Shown: one piece after another, positions 18,006 to 29,100 of the stretch
Layout: the number at the start of each line of letters is the position of its first letter
How positions within the stretch are numbered: the first letter of the stretch is position 1
Source: a virus
Lineage: Duplodnaviria > Caudoviricetes
Strand: one strand, 5' to 3'
Length of the DNA stretch: 44,125 bases
Virus record (IMG/VR): IMGVR_UViG_3300044513_001984
Coordinates: 1 to 44,125 of that record
Made by a program: the position numbers and the translations under genes
The notes under the pieces: generated by a model
Told to the model about the DNA's origin: nothing
The model's input: only the letters and a program-made list of their open reading frames with translations
Databases searched by the model: none

Positions 18006-20417
18006 ATGAAGGTATACACAAATACTAATAGTTCTTTTCCTAGCCAGGTTGTTAGTGATGCGGTAAAAGCTAGTTATGATTACGGCTTGCAAGTATCAAG
18101 AGCAATAGAGCAAGAATGGTTTGATCAAGGAAGAACAAATCAAAACCGCTATCAAACTAATTGGAATAATTATCATCAATTAAGGTTATATGCTAGAGGA
18201 GAACAATCTACACAAAAATATAAAGATGAATTATCTATTAACGGCGATTTGTCATATCTTAATTTAGATTGGAAACCTGTTCCTGTTATTTCAAAATTTG
18301 TAGATATTGTTGTTAATGGAATATCTCAAAAAACATATGACATAAAAGCTTTTGCTCAAGATCCAGAATCTTTGAAAAAAAGAACGGAATATGCAACCGC
18401 AGTGGCACAAGATATGTTTGCTCAAGACTTAATACAGCAAGCTTTGCAAACAACTGGTGTTGATCTTTCAAGAACAAACATTCCTGCTGATCAATTACCA
18501 GAAACAAAAGAAGAGCTTGAGCTGCATATGCAACTATCTTACAAGCAGTCAATTGAAATAGCCGAAGAAGAAGCTATTAATAATATTTTAAGCAAAAATA
18601 AATACGACGAAGTACGTCGAAGAATCAATTACGATTTAACCGTTTTAGGTATTAGTGCAGTTAAAACTAATTTTAATGTTTCAAACGGTATAACAGTAGA
18701 GTATGTTGATCCTGCTTATATGGTATATTCTTATACTGAAGATCCTAATTTTGATGATATATATTATGTAGGAGAAGTAAAAGCAATTACAATCCCAGAG
18801 CTTAAAAAACAATTTCCACATATTTCGGAAGAAGAATTATACGAAATTCAGCAAATGCCCGGCAACCGTCAATACATAACAGGCTGGGGCAATTATGATA
18901 GTAACACAGTACAAGTTTTATATTTTGAATATAAAACTTATATGAATCAAGTGTTTAAAATTAAAAAGACGGAAAACGGTTTAGAAAAAGCTTTAGAAAA
19001 AACAGACGAGTTTAATCCTCCACCAAATGACAACTTTGAGCGGGTATATAGAACAATAGAAGTTTTATACTCAGGGGCTAAAGTAATGGGCACTAACACT
19101 ATGCTTAAATGGGAATTGGCAGAAAATATGACTCGCCCTTTTGCCGATACTACTAAAGTTGTAATGAATTATAATATATGTGCCCCAAGAATGTATAAAG
19201 GGCGTATTGACTCGTTGGTTAGTAGAATTACCGGGTTTGCCGATATGATTCAACTAACTCACTTAAAGCTACAACAAGTTATGTCTAGAATTATACCTGA
19301 CGGTATATTTTTAGACATGGATGGTTTAGCTGAAGTCGACCTTGGAAACGGTACAACTTATAATCCAGCGGAAGCCTTAAATATGTATTTTCAAACGGGT
19401 AGCATTGTTGGTAGATCATTAACTCAAGACGGTGATTTAAATAGAGGAACAATCCCTGTACAACAATTAGCTTCATCTTCTGGCCAAGCTAAAATTGCAT
19501 CGCTTATTCAAACATATCAGTATTATTTACAAATGATACGTGATGTAACTGGTTTAAACGAAGCAAGAGATGGTAGCAACCCTGATAAAGATACTTTGCT
19601 TGGGCTACAAAAAATGGCCGCTAATGCTTCTAATGTGGCTACAAGACATATAAATCTTGCAAGCAACTTTTTAACCTTAAGAACTTGCGAAAATATTGCT
19701 TTAAAAATTAGCGATGTTTTAAATTTTCCGCTTACAAGGGCTGCTTTAATGGAAAGTATTTCTATATATAATGTAGAAACCTTAAAAGAAATACAAAATT
19801 TAAACTTACATGATTTTGGAATTTATTTAGAGCTAGAGCCTGATGAAGAAGAAAAAGCACAGCTTGAACAAAATATACAAATAGCTTTACAGTCGGGAGG
19901 AATTGATTTGGAAGACGCGATTGATATTAGACAAATTAAAAATTTAAAACTTGCGAACGAGCTGCTAAAACAAAAAAGAAAGAAAAAGCAGCAAGCTATG
20001 CAACAACAACAAATGGCCAATATACAAGCTCAAGCACAAGCAAACGCTGAAGCAAGTGAAAAAGCGGCATTAGCGGAAGTACAAAAACAACAAGCTCTTA
20101 CTCAAGAAAAAGTAAGCATTGAGCAAGCAAAATCGCAATTTGAAATTCAAAGATTACAAACAGAAGCTCAAATTAAAAAAGAGCTTATGGCGGAAGAATT
20201 TAATTATCAAATGCAATTAGCAAAAATTCGCGCTGAAGCAGAAAGAGATAAAGACATGCAAATTGAAGATCGCAAAGATAAGCGAATTAAAATGACAGGA
20301 ACACAACAAAGCGAGCTTATAGATCAAAGAAAAAACGACACTTTGCCAAAAGATTTTGAATCTGCAGGCAATGACGCATTAGGAGGGTTTAATTTAGAAG
20401 CATTTGTCCCTAAATAA
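18006..20417 (+). CDS. portal protein
   Basis: Follows terL; WKPVPVISKFVDIVVNG and IRDVTGLNEARDG; C-terminal Q-rich coiled coil. Confidence 0.88.
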   Translation: MKVYTNTNSSFPSQVVSDAVKASYDYGLQVSRAIEQEWFDQGRTNQNRYQTNWNNYHQLRLYARGEQSTQKYKDELSINGDLSYLNLDWKPVPVISKFVDIVVNGISQKTYDIKAFAQDPESLKKRTEYATAVAQDMFAQDLIQQALQTTGVDLSRTNIPADQLPETKEELELHMQLSYKQSIEIAEEEAINNILSKNKYDEVRRRINYDLTVLGISAVKTNFNVSNGITVEYVDPAYMVYSYTEDPNFDDIYYVGEVKAITIPELKKQFPHISEEELYEIQQMPGNRQYITGWGNYDSNTVQVLYFEYKTYMNQVFKIKKTENGLEKALEKTDEFNPPPNDNFERVYRTIEVLYSGAKVMGTNTMLKWELAENMTRPFADTTKVVMNYNICAPRMYKGRIDSLVSRITGFADMIQLTHLKLQQVMSRIIPDGIFLDMDGLAEVDLGNGTTYNPAEALNMYFQTGSIVGRSLTQDGDLNRGTIPVQQLASSSGQAKIASLIQTYQYYLQMIRDVTGLNEARDGSNPDKDTLLGLQKMAANASNVATRHINLASNFLTLRTCENIALKISDVLNFPLTRAALMESISIYNVETLKEIQNLNLHDFGIYLELEPDEEEKAQLEQNIQIALQSGGIDLEDAIDIRQIKNLKLANELLKQKRKKKQQAMQQQQMANIQAQAQANAEASEKAALAEVQKQQALTQEKVSIEQAKSQFEIQRLQTEAQIKKELMAEEFNYQMQLAKIRAEAERDKDMQIEDRKDKRIKMTGTQQSELIDQRKNDTLPKDFESAGNDALGGFNLEAFVPK

Positions 20418-20448
20418 AAACTATTAATTAATTATATATTATTTTATT

Positions 20449-21648
20449 ATGTCAACACAAACAAAACAAGAAGGTGATTTCAAAATGAAAAAACCTAAAG
20501 CTAAACAATTGGGAAAAGTTGATGAGGTTGTTAAAGTAGATTTAAGTAAACCTAAACAACAAGAAGAAGAGCCAATTAAAGTAGATTTAACAAAAAAAGA
20601 AGAAAATGCCGTTCAAGAGCCAAAGCCAGAGAGCAGCGTGTTGGAACCAATGGACCAAAGCAAAGAAGATGGGGAAAACACCAAAGTGGAATTGCAAAGC
20701 GTGGGAGAAGAAAACAAAAAAGAAGCTCCAATAATTCAAGAAATAACCGAAGAAGAGGTACAAGAAAAATCAGAAAAACTTGTAGACCAGTTTAATGACG
20801 CTATAGATGTACAACAACAAACAGGTAAACCTCTTCCTGAAAATATTGAAAAGCTTGTTTCTTTTATGGAAGAAACCGGCGGAACAGTTGAAGATTATGT
20901 TCGTCTAAATGCTGATTATTCTAATATAAATGAATCGGCATTACTCCGCGAATATTATTCTAAAACAAAACCTTATTTAGATTCTGAAGACGTAAATCTT
21001 TTATTAGAAGATTTTTCTTGGGATGAAGAATTAGATGATGAGCGAGACATCAGAAAGAAAAAACTCGCATTTAAAGAAGAAGTTGGAAAAGCCAGAAATT
21101 TTTTGGACAATCTAAAGAGTAAATATTACGACGAGATCAAGTTGAGACCGGGCGTAACTCAAGAGCAACAAAAAGCTATGGACTTTTTTAACCGATATAA
21201 TGAAGAGCAAGCTATGCGCGCTAAGCAGCATGAGAATTTTAAAAACCAAACTAAACAAATGTTTAACAATGATTTCAAAGGTTTTGATTTCAATTTAGGC
21301 GAAAAAAAGTTTAGATACGGCCTTCAAAATCCTTCTCAAGTTGCCGAAACACAATCAGATATTAATAATTTTATTGGGAAGTTCCTGGATGAAAAAGGTA
21401 ATGTCAAAGATACACCTGGGTATCATAAAGCCGTATATGCCGCAATGAATGCAGATAAACTTGCAAGTCATTTTTATGAACAAGGAAAAGCAGACGCCAC
21501 AAAAGAAATTATTGCGTCGTCTAAAAATCCAGCTAGTTCAGAGCCAAGAAAAGCTCCCGAAGCTGTTTATATAAACGGACTTAAAGTTAAAGCAATTAGC
21601 GGCCAAGACTCTTCAAAACTTAAAATTAAAACAAAAAAATTTAACTAA
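20449..21648 (+). CDS. putative capsid scaffolding protein
   Basis: Acidic, disordered N-terminus and helical body; located between portal and capsid genes. Confidence 0.65.
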   Translation: MSTQTKQEGDFKMKKPKAKQLGKVDEVVKVDLSKPKQQEEEPIKVDLTKKEENAVQEPKPESSVLEPMDQSKEDGENTKVELQSVGEENKKEAPIIQEITEEEVQEKSEKLVDQFNDAIDVQQQTGKPLPENIEKLVSFMEETGGTVEDYVRLNADYSNINESALLREYYSKTKPYLDSEDVNLLLEDFSWDEELDDERDIRKKKLAFKEEVGKARNFLDNLKSKYYDEIKLRPGVTQEQQKAMDFFNRYNEEQAMRAKQHENFKNQTKQMFNNDFKGFDFNLGEKKFRYGLQNPSQVAETQSDINNFIGKFLDEKGNVKDTPGYHKAVYAAMNADKLASHFYEQGKADATKEIIASSKNPASSEPRKAPEAVYINGLKVKAISGQDSSKLKIKTKKFN

Positions 21649-21664
21649 TTAAAAATTTGAAATT

Positions 21665-23116
21665 ATGGCTAATGTAAGTCCTGTGTTTGGTTCTATTGTA
21701 CCATCACAAAAACAACAAACACTTGCTTCAAATTACTTGAACTTTACAGACGGAACAAGTGACTTTGCTCAGCAATATTTACCTGAAATTTATGAGCAAG
21801 AAGTAGAGCGCTACGGTAATCGCACTCTTTCTGGCTTTTTGCGTATGGTTGGCGCTGAAATGCCAATGACTTCTGATCAAGTTATTTGGTCAGAGCAAAA
21901 CCGTTTGCACATTGCTTATAATGGTTTAACTGCGACTGCAGCTACAACTATTCGTATTGTACAAAGTGCTTCTGTTCAAGGCGTAATTGGCAAAAACGAC
22001 ACTATTGTTGTTATGAATACTGCTAATGGCGATGAACTAAAATGTTTGGTAACTGCTGTTACCGGCACATCTGGCACATCTGGAAACTATGACCTTACCG
22101 TATTACCTTATACTCAAGCTGATTTAGCTGGAGGTGGGGCCGGTGAAGTTACTCTTTATGATGCTGGAACTCCTATTACAACTTTGAAAATTTTTGTATA
22201 CGGTTCAGAATATGCAAAAGGAACTGGAGCAAGCTCTTCAGATTATGATCCATTATCTATTGAGCCTCAATTTACTCAATACAATAATAAGCCAATTATT
22301 ATTCGTGATCGTTATGAAATCAACGGATCTGATATGGCTCAAATTGGTTGGGTTGAAGTAGCTACTGAAGATGGAACTTCTGGATACCTTTGGTATTTGA
22401 AAGCTGAATCTGAAACTCGTTTGCGTTTTGAAGATTATCTTGAAATGTCAGTTGTAGAAGGTGAATTAGTTGGCGGTGGTTCAACTATTAGCGGTGTAAC
22501 TGGTACTCAAGGTCTTTTTGCTGCTATTAAAGAGCGCGGAAATATTCTTTCTGGTTTTTCTGCAACTCCTGCAAATGCTTTAAGCGAATTTGATTCTATT
22601 CTTAAAAACCTAGATACTCAAGGGGCTATTGAAGAAAACATGCTTTTCTTAAATCGTTCTACTGCTTTAGAATTTGATGATATGCTAGCAGGTATTTCTT
22701 CTGGAACTAACGGTGGTACTGCTTATGGATTGTTTGATAATTCTGAAGAGATGGCTTTAAATCTTGGATTTAGCGGTTTCCGTCGTGGTTCTTACGATTT
22801 CTATAAGACTGACTGGAAATATTTGAATGATGCTTCTACTCGCGGTGGCGTTGCCGTTGCTGGTATTGACGGAGTTCTTGTTCCTGCTGGTACTTCAACT
22901 GTATATGATCAAATTTTAGGAACCAATATTCGTCGTCCTTTCTTGCATACTCGCTATCGTGCTTCTCAAGCTGATGATCGTCGTATGAAAAACTGGATTA
23001 CCGGTTCCGCTGGAGGTGCTTATACTTCTGCTCTTGATGCAATGCAAGTACATTTCTTATCTGAAAGATGTCTTGTAGTACAAGGAGCTAACAATTTTGT
23101 ATTGTTTACAGCTTAA
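21665..23116 (+). CDS. major capsid protein
   Basis: Position, strong T-ending codon bias of a highly expressed gene, downstream terminator; WSEQNRLH, GTQGLF and GFSGFRRG motifs. Confidence 0.88.
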   Translation: MANVSPVFGSIVPSQKQQTLASNYLNFTDGTSDFAQQYLPEIYEQEVERYGNRTLSGFLRMVGAEMPMTSDQVIWSEQNRLHIAYNGLTATAATTIRIVQSASVQGVIGKNDTIVVMNTANGDELKCLVTAVTGTSGTSGNYDLTVLPYTQADLAGGGAGEVTLYDAGTPITTLKIFVYGSEYAKGTGASSSDYDPLSIEPQFTQYNNKPIIIRDRYEINGSDMAQIGWVEVATEDGTSGYLWYLKAESETRLRFEDYLEMSVVEGELVGGGSTISGVTGTQGLFAAIKERGNILSGFSATPANALSEFDSILKNLDTQGAIEENMLFLNRSTALEFDDMLAGISSGTNGGTAYGLFDNSEEMALNLGFSGFRRGSYDFYKTDWKYLNDASTRGGVAVAGIDGVLVPAGTSTVYDQILGTNIRRPFLHTRYRASQADDRRMKNWITGSAGGAYTSALDAMQVHFLSERCLVVQGANNFVLFTA

Positions 23117-23123
23117 TTATTTT

Positions 23124-23165
23124 TAAGGTTAAGGGCCCTTCGGGGCCCAAAGCCTTATTTTTTTT
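23124..23165 (+). terminator. Rho-independent terminator after the capsid gene
   Basis: taaggtt-aa-GGGCCC-TTCG-GGGCCC-aa-agcctta followed by T8. Confidence 0.9.
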
Positions 23166-23187
23166 AACTATTTAATTTTATTATATT

Positions 23188-24027
23188 ATGGCAACAGCTA
23201 AAAAAACAACAACTATAAATAAAGAAGTTGTTGAAACAGAAGTTATGGAAGCACCAGTGGTTTCCAAGAAAAAAGAAGAACCACAAAAACCTCAGTGGGA
23301 AATTAAAGATAGAACGTATTTGCTAAAAGGAGCAACAACTCCTTTGACATTTACACTGCAATCAAGGCATTCAAGAAGATACCCTCTTCTTTATTTTGAT
23401 CCAGTTACAACTGAACAAAAAGAATTACGATATGCAACTAATCAAAGTTCTCCTTTTGTAGAAGAACAAAAAGGTGAGGCCACGCTAGGGCATATTGTTT
23501 TTTACGACGGAGTTTTAACGGTTCCTAAAGAAAAACAAAATTTACAAAAATTATTATCATTATATCATCCGGCATTAAACAGAAAATATTATGAATTTAA
23601 TTCTGTTGAAATTGCTGAAGATGAATTAGATGATCTTGAAATTCAAATTGATGCTCTTAATGCAGCGCGAACGATGGAGATTGATCAAGCAGAAGCAATT
23701 ATGCGAGTTGAGCTTGGTTCTAAAGTTTCTGAAATGAGTTCTAAAGAATTAAAGCGAGATTTATTGTTATTTGCTAAAAAGAATCCAATATTATTTATGG
23801 ATCTTGCGAACGATGATAATGTCCAGCTTCGTAATGTAGCTATCCGTGCTACGGAGCTTGGTATTTTAAGATTATCTCCAGATCAACGATCTTTTCATTG
23901 GGGATCTAATGATAGAAAATTAATGAATGTGCCTTTTGATGAAAACCCATATTCAGCAATGGCTGCTTGGTTTAAGACAGATGAAGGGATGGATGTCTAT
24001 AGAAATATAGAGAAAAATTTAAAATAA
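23188..24027 (+). CDS. structural or assembly protein of unknown function
   Basis: Position after the capsid gene; clean 279-aa ORF. Confidence 0.7.
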   Translation: MATAKKTTTINKEVVETEVMEAPVVSKKKEEPQKPQWEIKDRTYLLKGATTPLTFTLQSRHSRRYPLLYFDPVTTEQKELRYATNQSSPFVEEQKGEATLGHIVFYDGVLTVPKEKQNLQKLLSLYHPALNRKYYEFNSVEIAEDELDDLEIQIDALNAARTMEIDQAEAIMRVELGSKVSEMSSKELKRDLLLFAKKNPILFMDLANDDNVQLRNVAIRATELGILRLSPDQRSFHWGSNDRKLMNVPFDENPYSAMAAWFKTDEGMDVYRNIEKNLK

Positions 24028-24040
24028 CACGTAATATTAA

Positions 24041-24073
24041 TATAGGGTAGCCGCATAAGCGGCTGCCTTGTAT
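24041..24073 (+). other. strong intergenic stem-loop without a U-tract
   Basis: tatagggtagccgc-ataa-gcggctgccttgta. Confidence 0.65.
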
Positions 24074-24090
24074 TATAATAAAAAAATAAA

Positions 24091-24864
24091 ATGGCATTAA
24101 ACGTAGATACAGTTTATAAAACTGTGTTGCTTATAATGAATAAAGAACAACGCGGGTATGTCACACCTGATGAGTTTAATAAAATAGCAACACAAGTACA
24201 ATTGCAGATTTTTGAAAATTATTTTGAAGATTATACACAACAACTACGCGTGCCTCAAAACACGAGTGAATACTCCGAAAGATTAAAAGAATTAGATAAT
24301 AAAATATCTATATTTAAAACAACTGCTACCGGAGCAGCATTAACATATACAGCCCCCGCTGGAACTACGCCCGGCTATTTTAAAGGGCCTACTTATACTT
24401 CTTCTTCAATTCCATCTGGCCAATCACCGCAAACTGCAGTATATAAACTTGGAACAGTCTATTATGCGCCAAGTATTGGTTATGATATAGAATGTCAAAG
24501 AATTCAAAAAAATAATTTTTTGCAAATTAATAAATCTCCTTTAACTCGTCCAACAGAATCTTTTCCGCAGTATTTATGGGAGCAAGAAAGAATTATTATA
24601 TATCCTCAAACTATAAATGATATTAATGATATAACAATATCTTATATAAGAAAACCTTTAGACGTTATTTGGGGATATACTCAAAGCGGCAATGCTTATA
24701 TTTACAATGCAAATAGCTCTGTATGGCCTGAGCTTGATGCTACGGAGCAAGTTAATTTTATTTTAAAGATATTGATGTACATGGGTATTATTGTTAATGA
24801 CCCAATGATCGTACAAGCTGCCGCTGCTGAATCACAAAAAATAGAAGTTAACGCTAAAAGCTAA
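24091..24864 (+). CDS. tail tubular/ring (adaptor) protein
   Basis: NK...G...P.EFN..A...Q N-terminus and I.YIRKP motif, as in crAss-like ring proteins. Confidence 0.7.
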   Translation: MALNVDTVYKTVLLIMNKEQRGYVTPDEFNKIATQVQLQIFENYFEDYTQQLRVPQNTSEYSERLKELDNKISIFKTTATGAALTYTAPAGTTPGYFKGPTYTSSSIPSGQSPQTAVYKLGTVYYAPSIGYDIECQRIQKNNFLQINKSPLTRPTESFPQYLWEQERIIIYPQTINDINDITISYIRKPLDVIWGYTQSGNAYIYNANSSVWPELDATEQVNFILKILMYMGIIVNDPMIVQAAAAESQKIEVNAKS

Positions 24865-24870
24865 TAAGAT

Positions 24871-26106
24871 ATGCCAATTCCAAATGGTGGATTAATCACC
24901 GAAACTAATCAACAATATTACGAGGGGGCTCAGGGATTTCAACAAAACGGAGCAGGAAGCTTAACTGATTTTACTACTACATTTAATACTAATCTTGTAT
25001 TTGGAAATTATAACCCAGCAAGTGATAATTATTATTTAAACAATTTTAAGCTTTATACGAGCGCTACCGGTTTACCTGAATCATATACAGAATATACGTC
25101 TCAATATAGCGTAACAGGAAACACTATATCTTTTGCAGTTGCACCAGCGGCTAATACATACATTGTAGTACAATTAAAATCACTTGATGGCGGTAATTAT
25201 GGAAATGAAGACGCTTTTGGTACAGCTGTAAATGATAATTATGGGGGTTATGCCTACATTAAATTAGACGATATTATAAACAACTTTTTAATTGCATATG
25301 TTGGTCAAGATAAATTGATCCCAAATGTTAGTAGAACAGATGTTTTGTTTCATGCTAAAAGAGGATTGCAAGAATTTAGTTATGATACACTTAAAAGCAT
25401 TAAGTCCCAAGAGCTCACAGTGCCACCAAGCCTGAGTGTTATATTACCACAAGATTATGTAAATTATACAGCGTTATCATGGATTGATGCGCTTGGCGTT
25501 AAACATCCAATTTATCCAGCAAATAATTTGCATATTAGCCCAAAAGAAATTCCAATACAAGATAGTGCCGGAATACCGACTCAAGATGATTTAGGTGACA
25601 ATTTAGAAAGTACATCTATAATTAATGAAAGATGGCAAAATGCAAATGTTATATTTTTAAACGGCGCTTGGACTGTTGTTGATTATAATGACTTTCCAAA
25701 TTGGTATGCGCAAGATCAACTAGGCATAGGGCCATGGTATGGGCAAGATTATGGAATGGACACAAGATATTCTCAAATTAATGGTTGGTTTAATATTGAT
25801 CCGCGCTCTGGGAAAATGTCTTTTTCTAGTAATTTAGCAAATGTGTTAATTTTATTTGAATATATTTCAGACGGATTGGCTTATGAGCTAGATACAAAAG
25901 TGCCTAAAATGGCAGAAGAAGCATTATATGCACATATATTGCACTCTATTGTTTCTAATCGTATTAATTATCCAGAATATATTGTACAGCGTTTAAAACG
26001 CGAAAGAAGCGCAAAATTACGTAATGCTAAAATTAGACTTTCTAATATTAAAATGACCGAGTTTATTCAAGTTATGCGGGGTCAGTCTAAATGGCTAAAA
26101 CACTAA
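24871..26106 (+). CDS. tail ring/structural protein
   Basis: LPQDYVNY, EYISDG...VPKMAEEALYAHI; synteny. Confidence 0.7.
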   Translation: MPIPNGGLITETNQQYYEGAQGFQQNGAGSLTDFTTTFNTNLVFGNYNPASDNYYLNNFKLYTSATGLPESYTEYTSQYSVTGNTISFAVAPAANTYIVVQLKSLDGGNYGNEDAFGTAVNDNYGGYAYIKLDDIINNFLIAYVGQDKLIPNVSRTDVLFHAKRGLQEFSYDTLKSIKSQELTVPPSLSVILPQDYVNYTALSWIDALGVKHPIYPANNLHISPKEIPIQDSAGIPTQDDLGDNLESTSIINERWQNANVIFLNGAWTVVDYNDFPNWYAQDQLGIGPWYGQDYGMDTRYSQINGWFNIDPRSGKMSFSSNLANVLILFEYISDGLAYELDTKVPKMAEEALYAHILHSIVSNRINYPEYIVQRLKRERSAKLRNAKIRLSNIKMTEFIQVMRGQSKWLKH

Positions 26107-26112
26107 AATTAA

Positions 26113-29100
26113 ATGGCTGAAATTAAAAATACTTTCATAAAATCCAAAATGAACAAAGATCTTGACGATCGAATTGTTCCGCCTGGAGAATATCGAGATG
26201 CTTTAAATATTGCTATAAGTAGATCAGAAGGAGATGACGTTGGCGCTTTAGAAACTATATTGGGAAACATAGTTGAACAAAATGGTGCTACTACTAATAA
26301 ATGTATAGGTGTATATATAGATAGAGTCGCTAAAAATATATATTATTTTGTTACTAATTATATTGATTCTTCTGCTAGCGGCTTAGACAATTATGCGCCG
26401 CCATCGGCTTATTGTGCTATAAAAGTATATAATGCAAATACTTTTACAAATACAACTTTAGTTTCTGGAAGCTTTTTAAACTTTTCTGCAAGAAGCCCTA
26501 TTATTGGTATAAATATTATTGAAGATTTATTATTTTGGACAGATAATAGAAATCAGCCAAGAAAAATAAACACAAATACAGCCCTTGCTTTTCCCGCCGG
26601 AAGTAATGCTTATTATACAAAAGAAGACCAAATATCGGTTGCAAAGTATTATCCGTGGAAGCCAATCAGCCTAATGAATATTAACAATGTAGCAGTTGGA
26701 GCAACTCCTACTCAATCTACAATGTCTAATCCTTCGGAACAAGCCTACCCAAATGGCAGCGCTAAGCCAGACTATGATGCGTCTTGGCCGGGAGACCCGG
26801 ATTATTTGTCGGATAAATTTATTAGATTAAGCTATCGCTTTCAATTTGATGATAATGAATATTCTTTAATTGCTCCTTTTACTCAGCCGTGTTTTATCCC
26901 CAAGCAATTTGGTTATTTTTTTGACACTGCGGAAGAAGACACATATAAAAGTACTATAGTTGATTTTTTTGAAAATAATGTAACTCAAATTATCGCTAAT
27001 ATAGAATTTGAAACATTAACGCCAAAAAAAGATTTTAAAATAAAAAAACTAGAAGTTCTTTATAAAGAATCTGATGGTCTTCAAATTAAAGTGATAGATA
27101 GCATTGATATTGAAGACGTAGAAGAAGCTATGGCAAATAATACAAACCCTTATGTGTTTGATTATAAATATATTTCAACAAAGCCGTATAAAAATTTAGC
27201 CGAAGATCAAACTGTTCGTGTTTTTGATAAAGTACCGGTTAAAGCTTTAGCTCAAGAAGTATCTGGTAATAGGGTTATATACGGTAATTTTTACACTGTA
27301 CAATCTCCCCCAAAATCTTTAGATTATAACGTAACTTATGCGGATAAAAATTTTCTTTTAGGAGTTAGCCAAAAAGAATATCCAAACCATACATTAAAAC
27401 AGAACAGAAACTACCAAGTCGGCTTTGTTCTTGCAGATAGATTTGGAAGACAAACCGGCGTTATACTTTCGTCAAATGATATTTCAGTCGATGATGGAAC
27501 TTATAATTATGGGGGATCCACCGTTTATGTTCCATATAAACCAAATTCTGGAACATCCATTTTAAATTGGCCGGGCTATGCACTAAGAACAATTATAAAT
27601 TCACCTATCCCTGACAGTGACCAATATAATGCGGTTGGTTATCCTGGTTTATACAAAGATCCAAATTACGGCGTTGATAGAATTGTTAAAAATACAGCCG
27701 GAACTGGATATAGCGTTGCAAACGGCGTTGCAACCTCAGGAGGGACTGGATCTGGATTAACTGTAGATATTTTAACTGTAAATGCTACTAAAGTAGGTAA
27801 TGTAAGTATAAGTAATCCCGGTTCTGGATATACTGATGGAGATGTTGTAACAATTGACGGCGGCACAACCCCTTGTGAACTTACTGTTACTGTTTTAAAA
27901 CCAAACCCAACAGGGTGGTATTCTTATAAAATTGTTGTAAAACAAAAAGAACAAGAATACTATAACGTTTATTTGCCTGGTATATTAAATGGCTATCCAT
28001 ATTCTTATAAAGATTCAACAGGCGCCAGCAATACAACTTTTGAGCGAGGAGAGACAGCAAATATAGTCTTATTTAATGATAATATAAATAAAATACCAAA
28101 AGACTTAGACCAGGTTGGCCCAGACACTATACAATATAGAAGCGGCACCAGACTTTTTGGGCGAGTGTCACCAATTAATAATAATAATGTTAACTATAAT
28201 CAACAATATTACCCTAGCATTATTGGAGATACTGTTACAGCTATTTCAACTTTATCTGAAGCGAACTACAACGATACAACAGCCTCTGGCGCAGACCCAG
28301 CTTCTTTTGATATAAATTATCCAGAATTTTATCAAAGTAATACAAATCCAAGTATTGCTAGAATAAAAACAACAAATCAAATAGGAAAAGACAATGTAGC
28401 GTCTGGTTATGAAAATGCTTTGGCTGTATATGAAACAGACCCCAGAGAGTCTTTATTAGATATATTTTGGGAAACAACATCTGCCGGGCTTATTAGTGAT
28501 TTAAACGCCGCTATTTTAGAGGGAGGATTTGAAGGGGCTGTAGCCACAAATGGATATACGTTTAGATTAAACGAAAATACCGCTCCTGGATCAAATGCTT
28601 TTAATGGTATTATAAATGTAGTAGACGCTTTTTCTAATGTAATAGAAAATAATATTGTATTCCAGCTAGTTAGCGTTTATGATGCAACAAACACAGAAAG
28701 AACAAATGAATTTTGGCTAGAAAATGGAGGTACTGGAACGCCAGCAGACCCTAAAGGCTTTAGAATAAAAACAAAGTCTATAGCAGGAGGACAAGACCGT
28801 GATTCTTATTTTTATTACGGAACAAATTCTGCAGCAAGAACGTTTAACATGCTCGTTAGATGTGTTTACACAAACACAGGAACAGGAGAAGTTTATATTT
28901 CTACAATTTCTTTATCTGATTTGTCTTTAGGTAATACACCACCAACTTTTATTACAGCTATCACTTGTCCTGCAACAATTATTTCATCTTTAACGCCAAT
29001 ATATACCGCAACTGTAAATGACACTATAGATTCAAACGGGGTTGTAGTATATACTTTTTATGCACAGAATGGGGCGCTTTGCGACGGCGGAAGATATACA

